Origin: Candidatus Micrarchaeota archaeon | Lineage (GTDB): Archaea; Micrarchaeota; Micrarchaeia; Anstonellales; Anstonellaceae | Assembly: GCA_013331805.1 (NCBI GenBank) | Contig: DUFS01000083.1 | Span: 3,268 to 21,010 of the forward strand | Direction: 5' to 3' | Length of the DNA stretch: 17,743 nt | Part shown: positions 1-8,128 of the stretch, piece by piece | How the letters are laid out: each line of letters begins with the position of its first letter | How positions within the stretch are numbered: the first letter of the stretch is position 1 | Made by a program: the position numbers and the translations under genes | Notes under the pieces: generated by a model | Seen by the model: only the letters and a program-made list of their open reading frames with translations | Told to the model about the DNA's origin: nothing | Databases searched by the model: none

Positions 1-23
1 CTAAAGCAGGTAGGGGTTAGCAT
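1..23 (-). CDS. Possible 5' end of a divergent gene running off the window (MLTPTCF...)
   Basis: Minus strand reads GGTGA-AGCGAT-ATG (ATG at 23) and stays open to the window edge; only 7 codons are visible. Confidence 0.3.
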
Positions 24-41
24 ATCGCTTCACCAAAATGA

Positions 42-76
42 CTATCATTTTGTCTTAAATCCAGACGAAATGATAG
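42..76. repeat. 14-bp inverted repeat (one T-G pair) in AT-rich intergenic DNA; operator or hairpin
   Basis: CTATCATTTTGTCT-TAAATCC-AGACGAAATGATAG; it overlaps a second palindrome CAAAATGA-CTA-TCATTTTG (34-52). Confidence 0.6.
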
Positions 77-168
77 GTTATTACTATTTAATTTCTATCA
101 ATATCTATCAATAGTTCCGAATACTTTTACGCTCTTATTAACTATATTTTTATTTCAACAGTCAAAAA

Positions 169-198
169 TAGTTAAGTTTATATTGGTTTACTTAACTA
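169..198 (+). promoter_or_regulatory. TATA box (TTTATA 177-182) bracketed by a perfect 9-bp inverted repeat; probable autoregulatory operator of a leaderless operon
   Basis: TAGTTAAGT (169-177) - 12 nt - ACTTAACTA (190-198). The ATG at 208 lies about 26 nt after the TATA box. An extra half-site TTAACTA is at 138-144. Confidence 0.65.
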
Positions 199-207
199 AA
201 TTTATCT

Positions 208-1095
208 ATGGCTTTAAAATTAAGCAAATCCGAGATAAGGGCGCTGCGCCAGATATGCCGACAGGACGGCACGGTTAGTGGACTTGCTGCCAAGCTGGGG
301 GCAAAGGAGAGTTTCATGTCCAGGGTTCTTCGTAGCCTGGGGGAAAAAGGTCTTGTTGGGGTAAAAAAGGACGGCGTGAAAAAAACAGTGCAGCTCTCGG
401 TTGCCTCGCACGCACAGAATTTCAAGCTGCTTTCGGACTCAAGACCGGATGCCAAAATAGAGGGCTGGCTTTCCGGATTCGCAATGGACATATTGGTGGT
501 TTCCGAAGATGGCGCTGAAACCAACCTCATACTGGAGGAAACGGGCTGCACTGCCGCCACCCTTTACAAAACTTTGAAATCGCTGCTTTCTGCGGGCGTG
601 CTCCTCTGGAAAAATGGAAGGGTGGAAATAACAGACGGGCTCTTGAAGAAATTCGTTGCCTCATATGCGGACAACATCCAGCTCATTGCCCAGCGCAATG
701 CGAAGGGGTTCAACACTTCAATCCGTATCAGGAAAAACGTTGTCCTTCGGACGGACGCAAAAAACGTTCCGCCATATTTCACGCAAACCGGGCTCTCCGC
801 GCTTGCAAAAAATGGGCTTGAAGCCATGCTGACGTCCTACGATGACTTTTACTTCAACCTTGACGGGCAGAAAAGGGAACTTAGCCCGGAGGAGTCTTTC
901 ATCCATGCCCTGCTTTTGACCACGCTCCAGCAGCATCAGGACATGCCGGTCCTTGCCATCTTCTTTGCCAAGAACAAGCGCAGGCTTGACTTGGGAGCAA
1001 TTAAAAAACTTGCAAAAAAATACATGGTGGAGGGCGCTCTTGAAGAAATCAGGCGGGAAACCGAGTTCCACGAAAAGATGAAGGGATTTGAATGA
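208..1095 (+). CDS. Winged-HTH (MarR/ArsR-like, two HTH segments) protein; putative antitoxin/regulator of the downstream nucleotidyltransferase
   Basis: TVSGLAAKLGAKESFMSRVLRSLGEKGLV and a second HTH-like segment (TAATLYKTLKSLLSAGVL); ATGA overlap with the next gene. Confidence 0.75.
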   Translation: MALKLSKSEIRALRQICRQDGTVSGLAAKLGAKESFMSRVLRSLGEKGLVGVKKDGVKKTVQLSVASHAQNFKLLSDSRPDAKIEGWLSGFAMDILVVSEDGAETNLILEETGCTAATLYKTLKSLLSAGVLLWKNGRVEITDGLLKKFVASYADNIQLIAQRNAKGFNTSIRIRKNVVLRTDAKNVPPYFTQTGLSALAKNGLEAMLTSYDDFYFNLDGQKRELSPEESFIHALLLTTLQQHQDMPVLAIFFAKNKRRLDLGAIKKLAKKYMVEGALEEIRRETEFHEKMKGFE

Positions 1096-1835
1096 GAAGG
1101 AGCTTCACCAAAGGCGATCTGGAAGCGGCGTTCCAAAAGGTCGGCGCAATCCTGCAAAAGCCGCTGACCGTTTACCTTCTGGGCGGCAGCGCAATGTGCT
1201 TCCGCGGGCAGAAGGCAGGCACAAAGGACCTTGACCTGGTTTTCACGAGCAGGGAGGATTTCCAGGATTTTGTTTCCGCAATAGGGAAAAACGGTTTTAC
1301 GGAGGCAAAACAGGTCGAAACCGAATACGCTGACATGATGGCTGCTGGGATTTGGCGCAACAAGGAAGATTTTAGGATGGACCTGTTCGTGAACACAGTC
1401 TGCCGCGCGCTGAGCATTTCTGGAAAAATGGTGCAGAGATCTGAGCTTCTCGGCGAATACGGCAAGCTGGTTGTAAGGCTCGTTTCAAACGAGGATGTAA
1501 TCCTCTTCAAAGGGATAACCGAGCGGCCCGATGATGCGAACGACATAGCGGCAATAATACTCCGCTCCGACATAAACTGGAACGTCGTCTTGGACGAATG
1601 CATTGCCCAGAGCAAAACAACCTCCTGGTACGGGCTTCTTGCAGACAAATTCGCAGATATTGAGGAAACGCAAGGGATAACCGTCCCCATAACGGGCAAA
1701 ATACTGGAACTTGACCGGCAGGTGCTGGTAAAAAACGCGCTTGAAATGCGGCTGAAGAAAGGCATGAGCAGGAAGGACGCGATAAGCGATCTCTCGAAGA
1801 AGGGATTTTCCAAAAAGGAGCTTGAGGGATTGTAA
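1092..1835 (+). CDS. DUF6036/AbiEii-like Pol-beta-superfamily nucleotidyltransferase (putative type IV TA/Abi toxin)
   Basis: VYLLGGSAM...TKDLDLV motif, FRMDLF, and C-terminal K..TERPDDANDI (R-x-x-D-x-x-D) motif. Confidence 0.75.
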   Translation: MRRSFTKGDLEAAFQKVGAILQKPLTVYLLGGSAMCFRGQKAGTKDLDLVFTSREDFQDFVSAIGKNGFTEAKQVETEYADMMAAGIWRNKEDFRMDLFVNTVCRALSISGKMVQRSELLGEYGKLVVRLVSNEDVILFKGITERPDDANDIAAIILRSDINWNVVLDECIAQSKTTSWYGLLADKFADIEETQGITVPITGKILELDRQVLVKNALEMRLKKGMSRKDAISDLSKKGFSKKELEGL

Positions 1836-1912
1836 ATGAAACGTCTCTATCTGTCATTTGCCCACTTGCAAAATGGAGGGATGGCAAGCAAAAAAAGTAT
1901 GATTGTGGAAGT

Positions 1913-2320
1913 TCATGGCGTGAAAAGTTCATTGTTTAGTATTTCTCGCATGCAGGCCGTAGCGCTTCCAGAAAATACCCGTATCCATTCACCAGTATAT
2001 CTCTTATAAGAAAGTTCAAGCCTGCCTTCTCTGCCAAGCACACTGACATACATAAGGCGCGCGAAGCATGTTTCAAAATAAGGCGAAATTGCACGTGGGG
2101 AAGGGCAGGCGTATTTTGAACACAAGTAAAAACAGCCCGCATGCCATTTGGAGTGAATTTCCACCAGGTAGTTGAATTCCCTGTTTTTTGGAGGCTTCTT
2201 GATGTATTTTTTGTGCAGAGCTTCCACGAGCGCCGCCGCTTCAAGTTCAACACGCGCTCGGAGTGTTTCAGGCAGTTTCAGCCTCTTTGGCATGAAAACC
2301 CATGCGCCTCCCCTCGCCAT
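1913..2320 (-). CDS. Conserved-looking hypothetical protein (135 aa)
   Basis: ATG at 2320 preceded by GGAGG. Motifs FNYLVEIHSKW, YACPSP, FARLMY and YKRYTGEW resemble a widespread uncharacterised family (recalled, not searched). Confidence 0.6.
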   Translation of the reverse strand: MARGGAWVFMPKRLKLPETLRARVELEAAALVEALHKKYIKKPPKNREFNYLVEIHSKWHAGCFYLCSKYACPSPRAISPYFETCFARLMYVSVLGREGRLELSYKRYTGEWIRVFSGSATACMREILNNELFTP

Positions 2321-2384
2321 GCAAAGCCTCCAAAAGACGTTGAGACGCAAGAGATATAACGCTTTGGCGCTACACAATGGCGGT

Positions 2385-2939
2385 GTGGTCCTGAGAAAAA
2401 TCTGGCTCATTGTGAAAAATGATTTCAGTTATGGCAGTGCTGGTGTTGCAGTCTTCAGCATCTCAGAGGCTGCGTGGAAAAACTGCGAGGAATTAGCACG
2501 CAAAGAAATAGACTCGCTCAAGGCTTGGGAAGAATTTGAAAGCTCTGCAGTATTCAAGGTGAGGAAACTCAAATCCGAAGACTTCCCTATTCACGGTTTC
2601 GGTGTCTATGTGAAGGAGAAGCAAAGGTTGGAGCGGTTGGCGGCATCTTTCTGCATCAAGGAGCTGCCGTTTGATGAGCTCCCAAAGCCCTCAAAATTTG
2701 CAACAATAATGGAGAAGCCAGTGTTCAGCACGGGCTTGGACAAAGACTCGTTTGTGGCGTCTGTGAGAGAATATGCCCACCTGCCAGGCAGCGGAATTGC
2801 CGATGCGGATGCTTTTTGTGCAAAGATTCTTGAAAAATGGAAGACACTTCGTGAAGAAGGAGATAACATATCTGCTGACGGCTTTCTTGTAATGAGGGAG
2901 AGCTACAGGCTGGATGTTCGCCCCATCAAAACGCAGTGA
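2385..2939 (+). CDS. Hypothetical protein (~184 aa; start uncertain)
   Basis: 3' part of ORF 2172..2939. GTG at 2385 follows a TATA-like ATATAA (~2354-2359) and avoids overlap with the divergent gene; the gene abuts the next ATG. Confidence 0.55.
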   Translation: MVLRKIWLIVKNDFSYGSAGVAVFSISEAAWKNCEELARKEIDSLKAWEEFESSAVFKVRKLKSEDFPIHGFGVYVKEKQRLERLAASFCIKELPFDELPKPSKFATIMEKPVFSTGLDKDSFVASVREYAHLPGSGIADADAFCAKILEKWKTLREEGDNISADGFLVMRESYRLDVRPIKTQ

Positions 2940-2943
2940 TGCC

Positions 2944-3669
2944 ATGAAACTGAAAATAAGCTTTGATGACATTGCGCCTGCCTTTGAGCAGGCATCTGAT
3001 TCTTCTCTTTACATGTTCATCGATACAAAAGAGAACCGCATAGTGGTTCTTTCCGATAATGAGGCTACCGATGCCGATTTTGAGATAATGAAACGACCGA
3101 GATATGTTGCATTGCCCAGAAGGGATTCGAAAGATGATTACTTCCGGATGGAATCATTCACATACGTGATGAGCTGCTGTGATCTTGAGCTTGTGCAGAA
3201 ATTCCACAAGGCATTAAGGCAAAACAAGCCATTCGGGAATTTCAGGGATTTGCTCTCGCAACACTTGGAGATTGAGCAACAATGGTTTGCATTTGAGAAG
3301 AAAGCCGCAAGGAATGACGCAATTGATTGGCTCTGCGAGGAAGGCATTGAGCTTGAGGGCCAGCGGCTGATTCCGGAAATTGAAATCCGCGAGCTGGATG
3401 AAGAAAGTGTCAAAAAGCTGCCTGATGAGATACGGGTTCTGAAGGCGCGAGCCTGCCTGCAATGCCACAACGAAAGTGGACTAGAAGCAAGGCTTTTTGC
3501 AGCGAGCACTCAGATTGTCAATGCAATGATAGAAAACGAGATATATCGCATATTGAAGGACAAATACTCGTTGTCCGAGTACGCGGGCTGGTCGGATGAC
3601 AGCCAGACTGTGCTGGTTGCTGCCAAGTGCCCAAAATGCGGCAGCGAAGAGATATTTTTTGATTACTGA
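2944..3669 (+). CDS. UPF0158-family protein with C-terminal Zn-ribbon-like domain
   Basis: LKISFDDI...YVALP...YFRMESF...KPFGNFRDLL...QWFAFE...DWLCEEGI matches the UPF0158 pattern; CLQC and CPKC pairs follow. Confidence 0.7.
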   Translation: MKLKISFDDIAPAFEQASDSSLYMFIDTKENRIVVLSDNEATDADFEIMKRPRYVALPRRDSKDDYFRMESFTYVMSCCDLELVQKFHKALRQNKPFGNFRDLLSQHLEIEQQWFAFEKKAARNDAIDWLCEEGIELEGQRLIPEIEIRELDEESVKKLPDEIRVLKARACLQCHNESGLEARLFAASTQIVNAMIENEIYRILKDKYSLSEYAGWSDDSQTVLVAAKCPKCGSEEIFFDY

Positions 3670-3678
3670 TGTGATTTC

Positions 3679-6324
3679 TTGAAGGAACAAAAGACATTTC
3701 TGGACTGCCCGCATTGCGGTGCGAGCGTGCGGGATGTAAATTTCAGCGCGCACCTTGCAAAGGCGCACGGGCAGGCGCCGTCCGATGCCGACCGCGCAGC
3801 GCAGAGCGGCAATCCGGAACAGGCTCGGAAGGAAGGTCTTCACAATCTGGCTGGTCTTGCGCACAGTACGCGCAAAAGGAAGGCTGGCGTTGAACAAGCA
3901 TTCAGACGCGACGAGAAGGGAGCATTGCGCCCGCAGGAACATTACGACTATGGAAAGATGTTAAGATACTGGTTCGTATGCAAGGAATGCAAGAGAAAGA
4001 GCCAGCTGCCAACCGGGTTCATATCTGTAGAAGACGAAAAGGGGGAACGGTTGAAATTCATGCTTGAAGTAATGTGCAAGCACTGCGGCTCACACAATGT
4101 TGAAATGGAACAATGGGAACGCTACGGAGTGCTTATGCGTCTGACTTTGGGCGTCAACCTAACGGATGCGCAGGAGGCCGCCCCCGTAGTGGCGGGTGCA
4201 GCGGTTGGCGGCGTTGAAATGGATGCCGCAAAAGCCATCCATTATTACGAAAAGGCACTTGCCAGCAAAGATGCGGATGATTGGGAGAAATGGACAAGAT
4301 ATGCAAACCTTCTCAGAGTCACCAACAGGTACGACGATGCAATAGCCGCATTTCGCAAGGCAGGGGAGCTTAAGCGTTCGACAGTGGCGCCTCCGCTTGG
4401 GCTCGGGAAGATTTTTTTCCACCGCTGGAAAATCTATGGGATGAAGGGCGCGCGGCAGGAGGCAAAGGAGAACCTTGCGCGCGCCCTGATTGCCAACAAG
4501 GCAAACGGAGACCTTGCAACCATCCACAATGAAAGGTGGGAAGTTGAACAAGGGATATGCGAGTTGCTCGATAAAACCGGCACTGTGGGAACTGGCATTG
4601 CGCTCGCCTCTACGCGAGATATTGAAAAGGAATTTGCCAAAGGAATAAAGAATGGCACAGGGGGCGAAATAAGCGTCAGAATGTCCTCAATGCAGGAAGT
4701 GGCAGAAGCAGCATCCAACGCAGCTGCTATGCTGTTGGTTGAAAAGCCTCAGACGGACAAGGCGGAATTGATCCGCGCGCTGGAATCGCTTGGGAATGAC
4801 CTTGATTCCAATGACGCTCTTGCTTCATATTTCCGCGACCACGCCAAAGTTGCATTGATGCAGAAAATCAAGAATGGCAGGGTGTATAACGTGGCAGAGC
4901 TGCGTGGCGGCATGGCATTGGCTGCAGGGCTGCTCAAGAAAGAGCCGAAATATTTTGCAGCACTGCACGTGGATGCCGAGGAGAACAGACGCAAGATTTC
5001 CAGAAAAGCGCCATCAGTAAGGGAAAAAACAGACAACCCTGATGCAAACACTGAAGGAACACAGAAAATGAATGCGGTGCGGCTGTCCAATGGCAAAATA
5101 AGGCTGGATTTCGGAAATGAACTGGATTCCATAGCAGACGAGTGCCCCTGCCCGACCTGCATGTTCCGCTCTACGCCGCGCTACAAGAGCATCTTAGAGC
5201 AATATTCGCAGAACCATTCATTGCCTGCAGAAAACTGCCAGCTTTCGGATTACATCAGCTATATCTCAGATCTTGCATATTTTGCAAACTACGTGTATAC
5301 GGAAAACGGCACCAGCATGGCTGAGCAGAACCAAAAATACAGCCTTGCCACATTCGACTTTCGCATGCTGCTAAGGTTTGAAGATGATGATTACTACCGC
5401 TTGAAGGAAAAGGCGCAGGAACCCGACGCCAAGTGTATAAAGGAGCTTGGCAAGTTGGCTCATGCATACCCGCGCGACGAAACAGTGCTGGATTTGTACG
5501 CCGAGGTGCTCATACACGATTTCCAGTTCCATGCGGCAGAAAAAGTGCTGGACAAGATAGATGTGCTGCACCCAGACAAAAGGGCGCACGACTGCATAAA
5601 CGCCCGCGCACAGCTTATGATACAGCGCGATTTCGACTTTGAGCGCGCGCTTCGGATTGCGGATGAGGGACTGCTTCTTTACCCAAAATCGTTCGACCTG
5701 AACATCACCAAAGCAGCCGTGCTTTCGTGGAGCAATGACAAGAACGGCGCGGCAACCTACCGCGAGGCAGCGCGTGCCATAGACTCCAAGAGGTACGAGA
5801 AATTCATGAAGGAACACTGGATTGAGGATGCGCCAGAAGAGATGAAGACGCTGCGCTTTATGCACACATGCAACGAAATAATGATGCTGCATGATGGGAA
5901 TGCTGAAGCACAGAAGCTTCTTGAGAGGGCGGTGCGCTTCTGCCCAAGAGGCAATCGCGACGCCGAAATGCTGGTACGAAGGATGGGCTTTGACATTGCG
6001 CTCTCGCAAAACGACCTTGCGCGCGCAGCCGCACTGGTTGCTGAAATGCAGCTTGCTGGAGTTGAGGAGAACTGCCTGTATTGCGAAGGGGCGCTTGCCT
6101 ACCGGCAAGGCGGCTGGAAAACTGCGCTCTCAAAGGCGCGCGAAGCGCAGGAAATGGCTTCAAAAAAGAAGGCGAAATATTTCCTTCCAGCCCTCTATCT
6201 CATCGAGGAAGTTTCCCGCGCGCAGGGTGACGCGGAAGGACTGAAAGATGCGCGCGAAAAAATCGCTGCTGCGCGCGCCTACCTTGCCACTATTGCACCG
6301 CCAAAATTTGGCCGGCAGCGATAA
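3679..6324 (+). CDS. Large multidomain Zn-finger/TPR-repeat protein (881 aa)
   Basis: CPHC..H...H, CKEC/CKHC, TPR-like helices (YANLLRVTNRYDDAIAAFRKA; LYAEVLIHDFQFHAAEKVLDK; YCEGALAYRQGGWKTAL), and an internal CPCPTC. Confidence 0.75.
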   Translation: MKEQKTFLDCPHCGASVRDVNFSAHLAKAHGQAPSDADRAAQSGNPEQARKEGLHNLAGLAHSTRKRKAGVEQAFRRDEKGALRPQEHYDYGKMLRYWFVCKECKRKSQLPTGFISVEDEKGERLKFMLEVMCKHCGSHNVEMEQWERYGVLMRLTLGVNLTDAQEAAPVVAGAAVGGVEMDAAKAIHYYEKALASKDADDWEKWTRYANLLRVTNRYDDAIAAFRKAGELKRSTVAPPLGLGKIFFHRWKIYGMKGARQEAKENLARALIANKANGDLATIHNERWEVEQGICELLDKTGTVGTGIALASTRDIEKEFAKGIKNGTGGEISVRMSSMQEVAEAASNAAAMLLVEKPQTDKAELIRALESLGNDLDSNDALASYFRDHAKVALMQKIKNGRVYNVAELRGGMALAAGLLKKEPKYFAALHVDAEENRRKISRKAPSVREKTDNPDANTEGTQKMNAVRLSNGKIRLDFGNELDSIADECPCPTCMFRSTPRYKSILEQYSQNHSLPAENCQLSDYISYISDLAYFANYVYTENGTSMAEQNQKYSLATFDFRMLLRFEDDDYYRLKEKAQEPDAKCIKELGKLAHAYPRDETVLDLYAEVLIHDFQFHAAEKVLDKIDVLHPDKRAHDCINARAQLMIQRDFDFERALRIADEGLLLYPKSFDLNITKAAVLSWSNDKNGAATYREAARAIDSKRYEKFMKEHWIEDAPEEMKTLRFMHTCNEIMMLHDGNAEAQKLLERAVRFCPRGNRDAEMLVRRMGFDIALSQNDLARAAALVAEMQLAGVEENCLYCEGALAYRQGGWKTALSKAREAQEMASKKKAKYFLPALYLIEEVSRAQGDAEGLKDAREKIAAARAYLATIAPPKFGRQR

Positions 6325-6471
6325 TTGCTGCATTCGCTTTGATATAACACGGCTCCGCAAAATGCTGTGCGCTTCATCCAAAATCTAAATTACACAACAT
6401 TGCCTGCGATGCTGAGAGTCTCATTTCAAAACGCCATTTTCAAATCAGAAAATCCTTCTTTCTCCTCGATG

Positions 6472-6509
6472 ACCCCGGGACAGAACGTACCAGTCTACGC
6501 CACGACCCC
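6472..6509 (-). tRNA. tRNA-Pro-like 5' half only (positions ~1-38); split-tRNA half, att remnant or pseudogene
   Basis: GGGGTCG-TG-GCGT-AGACTGGT-ACGT-T-CTGTC-CC-GGG-GT: acceptor strand, U8, A14G15, G18G19 and a paired D-stem. No T-arm or CGACCCC was found downstream. Position 33 is C rather than U. Confidence 0.55.
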
Positions 6510-6586
6510 GCGCTTCCACACTGGGTTATGCAGGCGCTGGTTTATGAGCACCTGCGAGGGGTTGTGGAACGACCCCTGCTTTGCGC
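6510..6586 (-). ncRNA. Structured ~77-nt leader RNA (two hairpins plus a potential pseudoknot) abutting the tRNA half
   Basis: Closing GCGC/GCGC, AGGGGT/ACCCCT and GCAGGTGCT/AGCGCCTGC stems; loop TTCCACA is complementary to downstream TGTGGAA. Confidence 0.45.
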
Positions 6587-6607
6587 TACCGAGTTATGGC
6601 TGGCATC

Positions 6608-6617
6608 TTTTTATATA
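6608..6617 (-). promoter_or_regulatory. Archaeal TATA box (TATATAAAAA) for the leader/tRNA-half transcript
   Basis: Lies just after the DUF475 stop codon and predicts a start site near 6587, where the structured leader begins. Confidence 0.55.
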
Positions 6618-6621
6618 GGTT

Positions 6622-7557
6622 TTAGGCGGCGGTTCCTCGCACTTTTATGTGCTCGTGCGATTTCCAGAAGAAGTAGCCTATGCAGCCGAATGTCAGCACC
6701 GGGGAGACATAGGCTGGAATGTGGGCGCCGAATGCATCAAGGAGCATTATTGCCCCGAGAAGGAGGATGGAATACATCGCCCCGTTCTTGAGGTATATGT
6801 ATTTTTTCACGGTCTCAATGTTCCTGATGGTCAGCTCGCGGACCACCAATGCGCCAAGCCCGTTGCCAAGGAGTATGAGGGGGACCGACAGCGTGAATGC
6901 GAACGCCCCGATCACCCCGTCCACCGAGAATGTGCTGTCTATGACCTCAAGGTAGAGTATCTTGCTCCAGTCGCCCATATTGGCCGAGCCCCCGTGCAGA
7001 AGCTGCTGCTCGTGCTGCTCGGCATTCTGCTTGAAGCCATGCGTTATGAAAAAGGCTGTTGAGCCCACCACTGCCCCGAATGCCATGAGCTGGTTCCGTC
7101 CCATCGCAAACCACACGATAAGCGTGAGGAGTATGGACACGACTGCATAGAACCACACTCCCTGCTTTTGGAAGAAGCGCTCCGGGTGCAAGCCGAAGGA
7201 TTTTGACTCCAGGAACAGCCAGTGGAAGAACAGGAAAACCAGGAAAACCCCGCCCCCCGCAAGCAGAATGGGGGAGCTTTGCTCCACAGCCGCAGCAACG
7301 GCAGGGTCGGAGCTGAAAGTCGCGAAAAGCGCTCCATCGGGCCCGAGAGAGGGGGTTGCAGCCCATACGATAAGGAGGGGGAGTGCGCCGCGCACCACAA
7401 ATACGGCGATTACGATCCCGAATGTGAGGAACCAGCGCCGCGCGCGCTCACTCATTTTGGATAGCACCTCGGCGTTTATCACTGCGTTGTCTATGCTGAT
7501 TATTGACTCAAAGAGCACAAGCCCGAGCACGGTGAGCAGCATTCCAAACAGATCCAT
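6622..7557 (-). CDS. DUF475 / TerC-like integral membrane protein
   Basis: LFESIISIDNAVINA and LYLEVIDSTFSVDGVIGAFA motifs, many TM helices; TATA-like TTTATTTAA about 25 nt upstream (leaderless). Confidence 0.9.
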   Translation of the reverse strand: MDLFGMLLTVLGLVLFESIISIDNAVINAEVLSKMSERARRWFLTFGIVIAVFVVRGALPLLIVWAATPSLGPDGALFATFSSDPAVAAAVEQSSPILLAGGGVFLVFLFFHWLFLESKSFGLHPERFFQKQGVWFYAVVSILLTLIVWFAMGRNQLMAFGAVVGSTAFFITHGFKQNAEQHEQQLLHGGSANMGDWSKILYLEVIDSTFSVDGVIGAFAFTLSVPLILLGNGLGALVVRELTIRNIETVKKYIYLKNGAMYSILLLGAIMLLDAFGAHIPAYVSPVLTFGCIGYFFWKSHEHIKVRGTAA

Positions 7558-7700
7558 GGAAAAATAATTCCAGACAGGATTAAATAAAGATGGCAGCCTA
7601 AGTGCGCCTGCGCGGATAAATGGATTCTCAGGGCAGAAGCCGTGCTATCACATGGCAATGCGGATAATGTAATAAAAGCTTGACAGTGGAATCCAACACC

Positions 7701-7859
7701 ATGGGAATGAGCAAGAAGGACCTCTCAAGGAAGCACGCCAACATGAAACTGAAGATTGCCGAGCTGGAGCAAAAGGCGAGGATGGATCCGCTGAAAAGGC
7801 ACCCGGAAGTGCACGAGGAGCTTGCCAGGCTGAAGAAGGACCTGGCAGAGTCGGGCTGA
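7701..7859 (+). CDS. Small basic helical protein, 52 aa (MGMSKKDLSRKHANMKLKIAELEQKARMDPLKRHPEVHEELARLKKDLAESG)
   Basis: Read by eye (below the ORF-track cutoff). Codon usage matches the core genes, an AT-rich promoter-like stretch sits at ~7670-7677, and the product is coiled-coil-like. Confidence 0.7.
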   Translation: MGMSKKDLSRKHANMKLKIAELEQKARMDPLKRHPEVHEELARLKKDLAESG

Positions 7860-7868
7860 GGGAGGAGC

Positions 7869-8045
7869 ATGCCAAGCGCAAGATCCCTTTTGTTCATGCT
7901 GCTGCTTCTTGGCTCGATTTTCGCGGCCCAGACGCCGCTTGAAAAATTCCTGAACGACTCCTTTGAGCCTGACCAGGAGGTTAAAGCTGAGATGTTGGAG
8001 GCAGCAGCATCCACAGGCTTTGCATATAGATCAGATATTTCTTAG
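7869..8045 (+). pseudogene. 58-aa signal-peptide ORF, probably a truncated secreted protein
   Basis: RBS GGAGGAG; MPSARSLLFMLLLLGSIFAA-QTPLEK signal peptide; stops at TAG 8043-8045 after about 38 mature residues. Confidence 0.45.
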
Positions 8046-8128
8046 CTCCTGACCCGAATTTGTATTCAGGCTTGCACCCACAGAAGCTTTTAAATAGGCT
8101 TGCCACCTAAGAGAACGCCGAGGAGGTT

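Noticed and set aside
2172..2410. Long N-terminal extensions of ORFs 2172..2939 and 1913..2410
   Set aside because: They would overlap head-to-head; downstream starts (2385 and 2320) leave room for a divergent promoter.
6325..6471. Intron plus 3' half completing the tRNA-Pro in cis
   Set aside because: A weak hairpin and a GGCG are present, but no GGTTCRA T-arm or CGACCCC acceptor strand occurs before the TPR gene.
6367..6791. Plus-strand ORFs 6367..6618 and 6528..6791
   Set aside because: They are antisense to the tRNA-like element and DUF475 and have no recognisable motifs.
7558..7700. yybP-ykoY (Mn) riboswitch upstream of the TerC-like gene
   Set aside because: The TATA box is about 25 nt from the ATG, leaving no leader, and no consensus match was seen.
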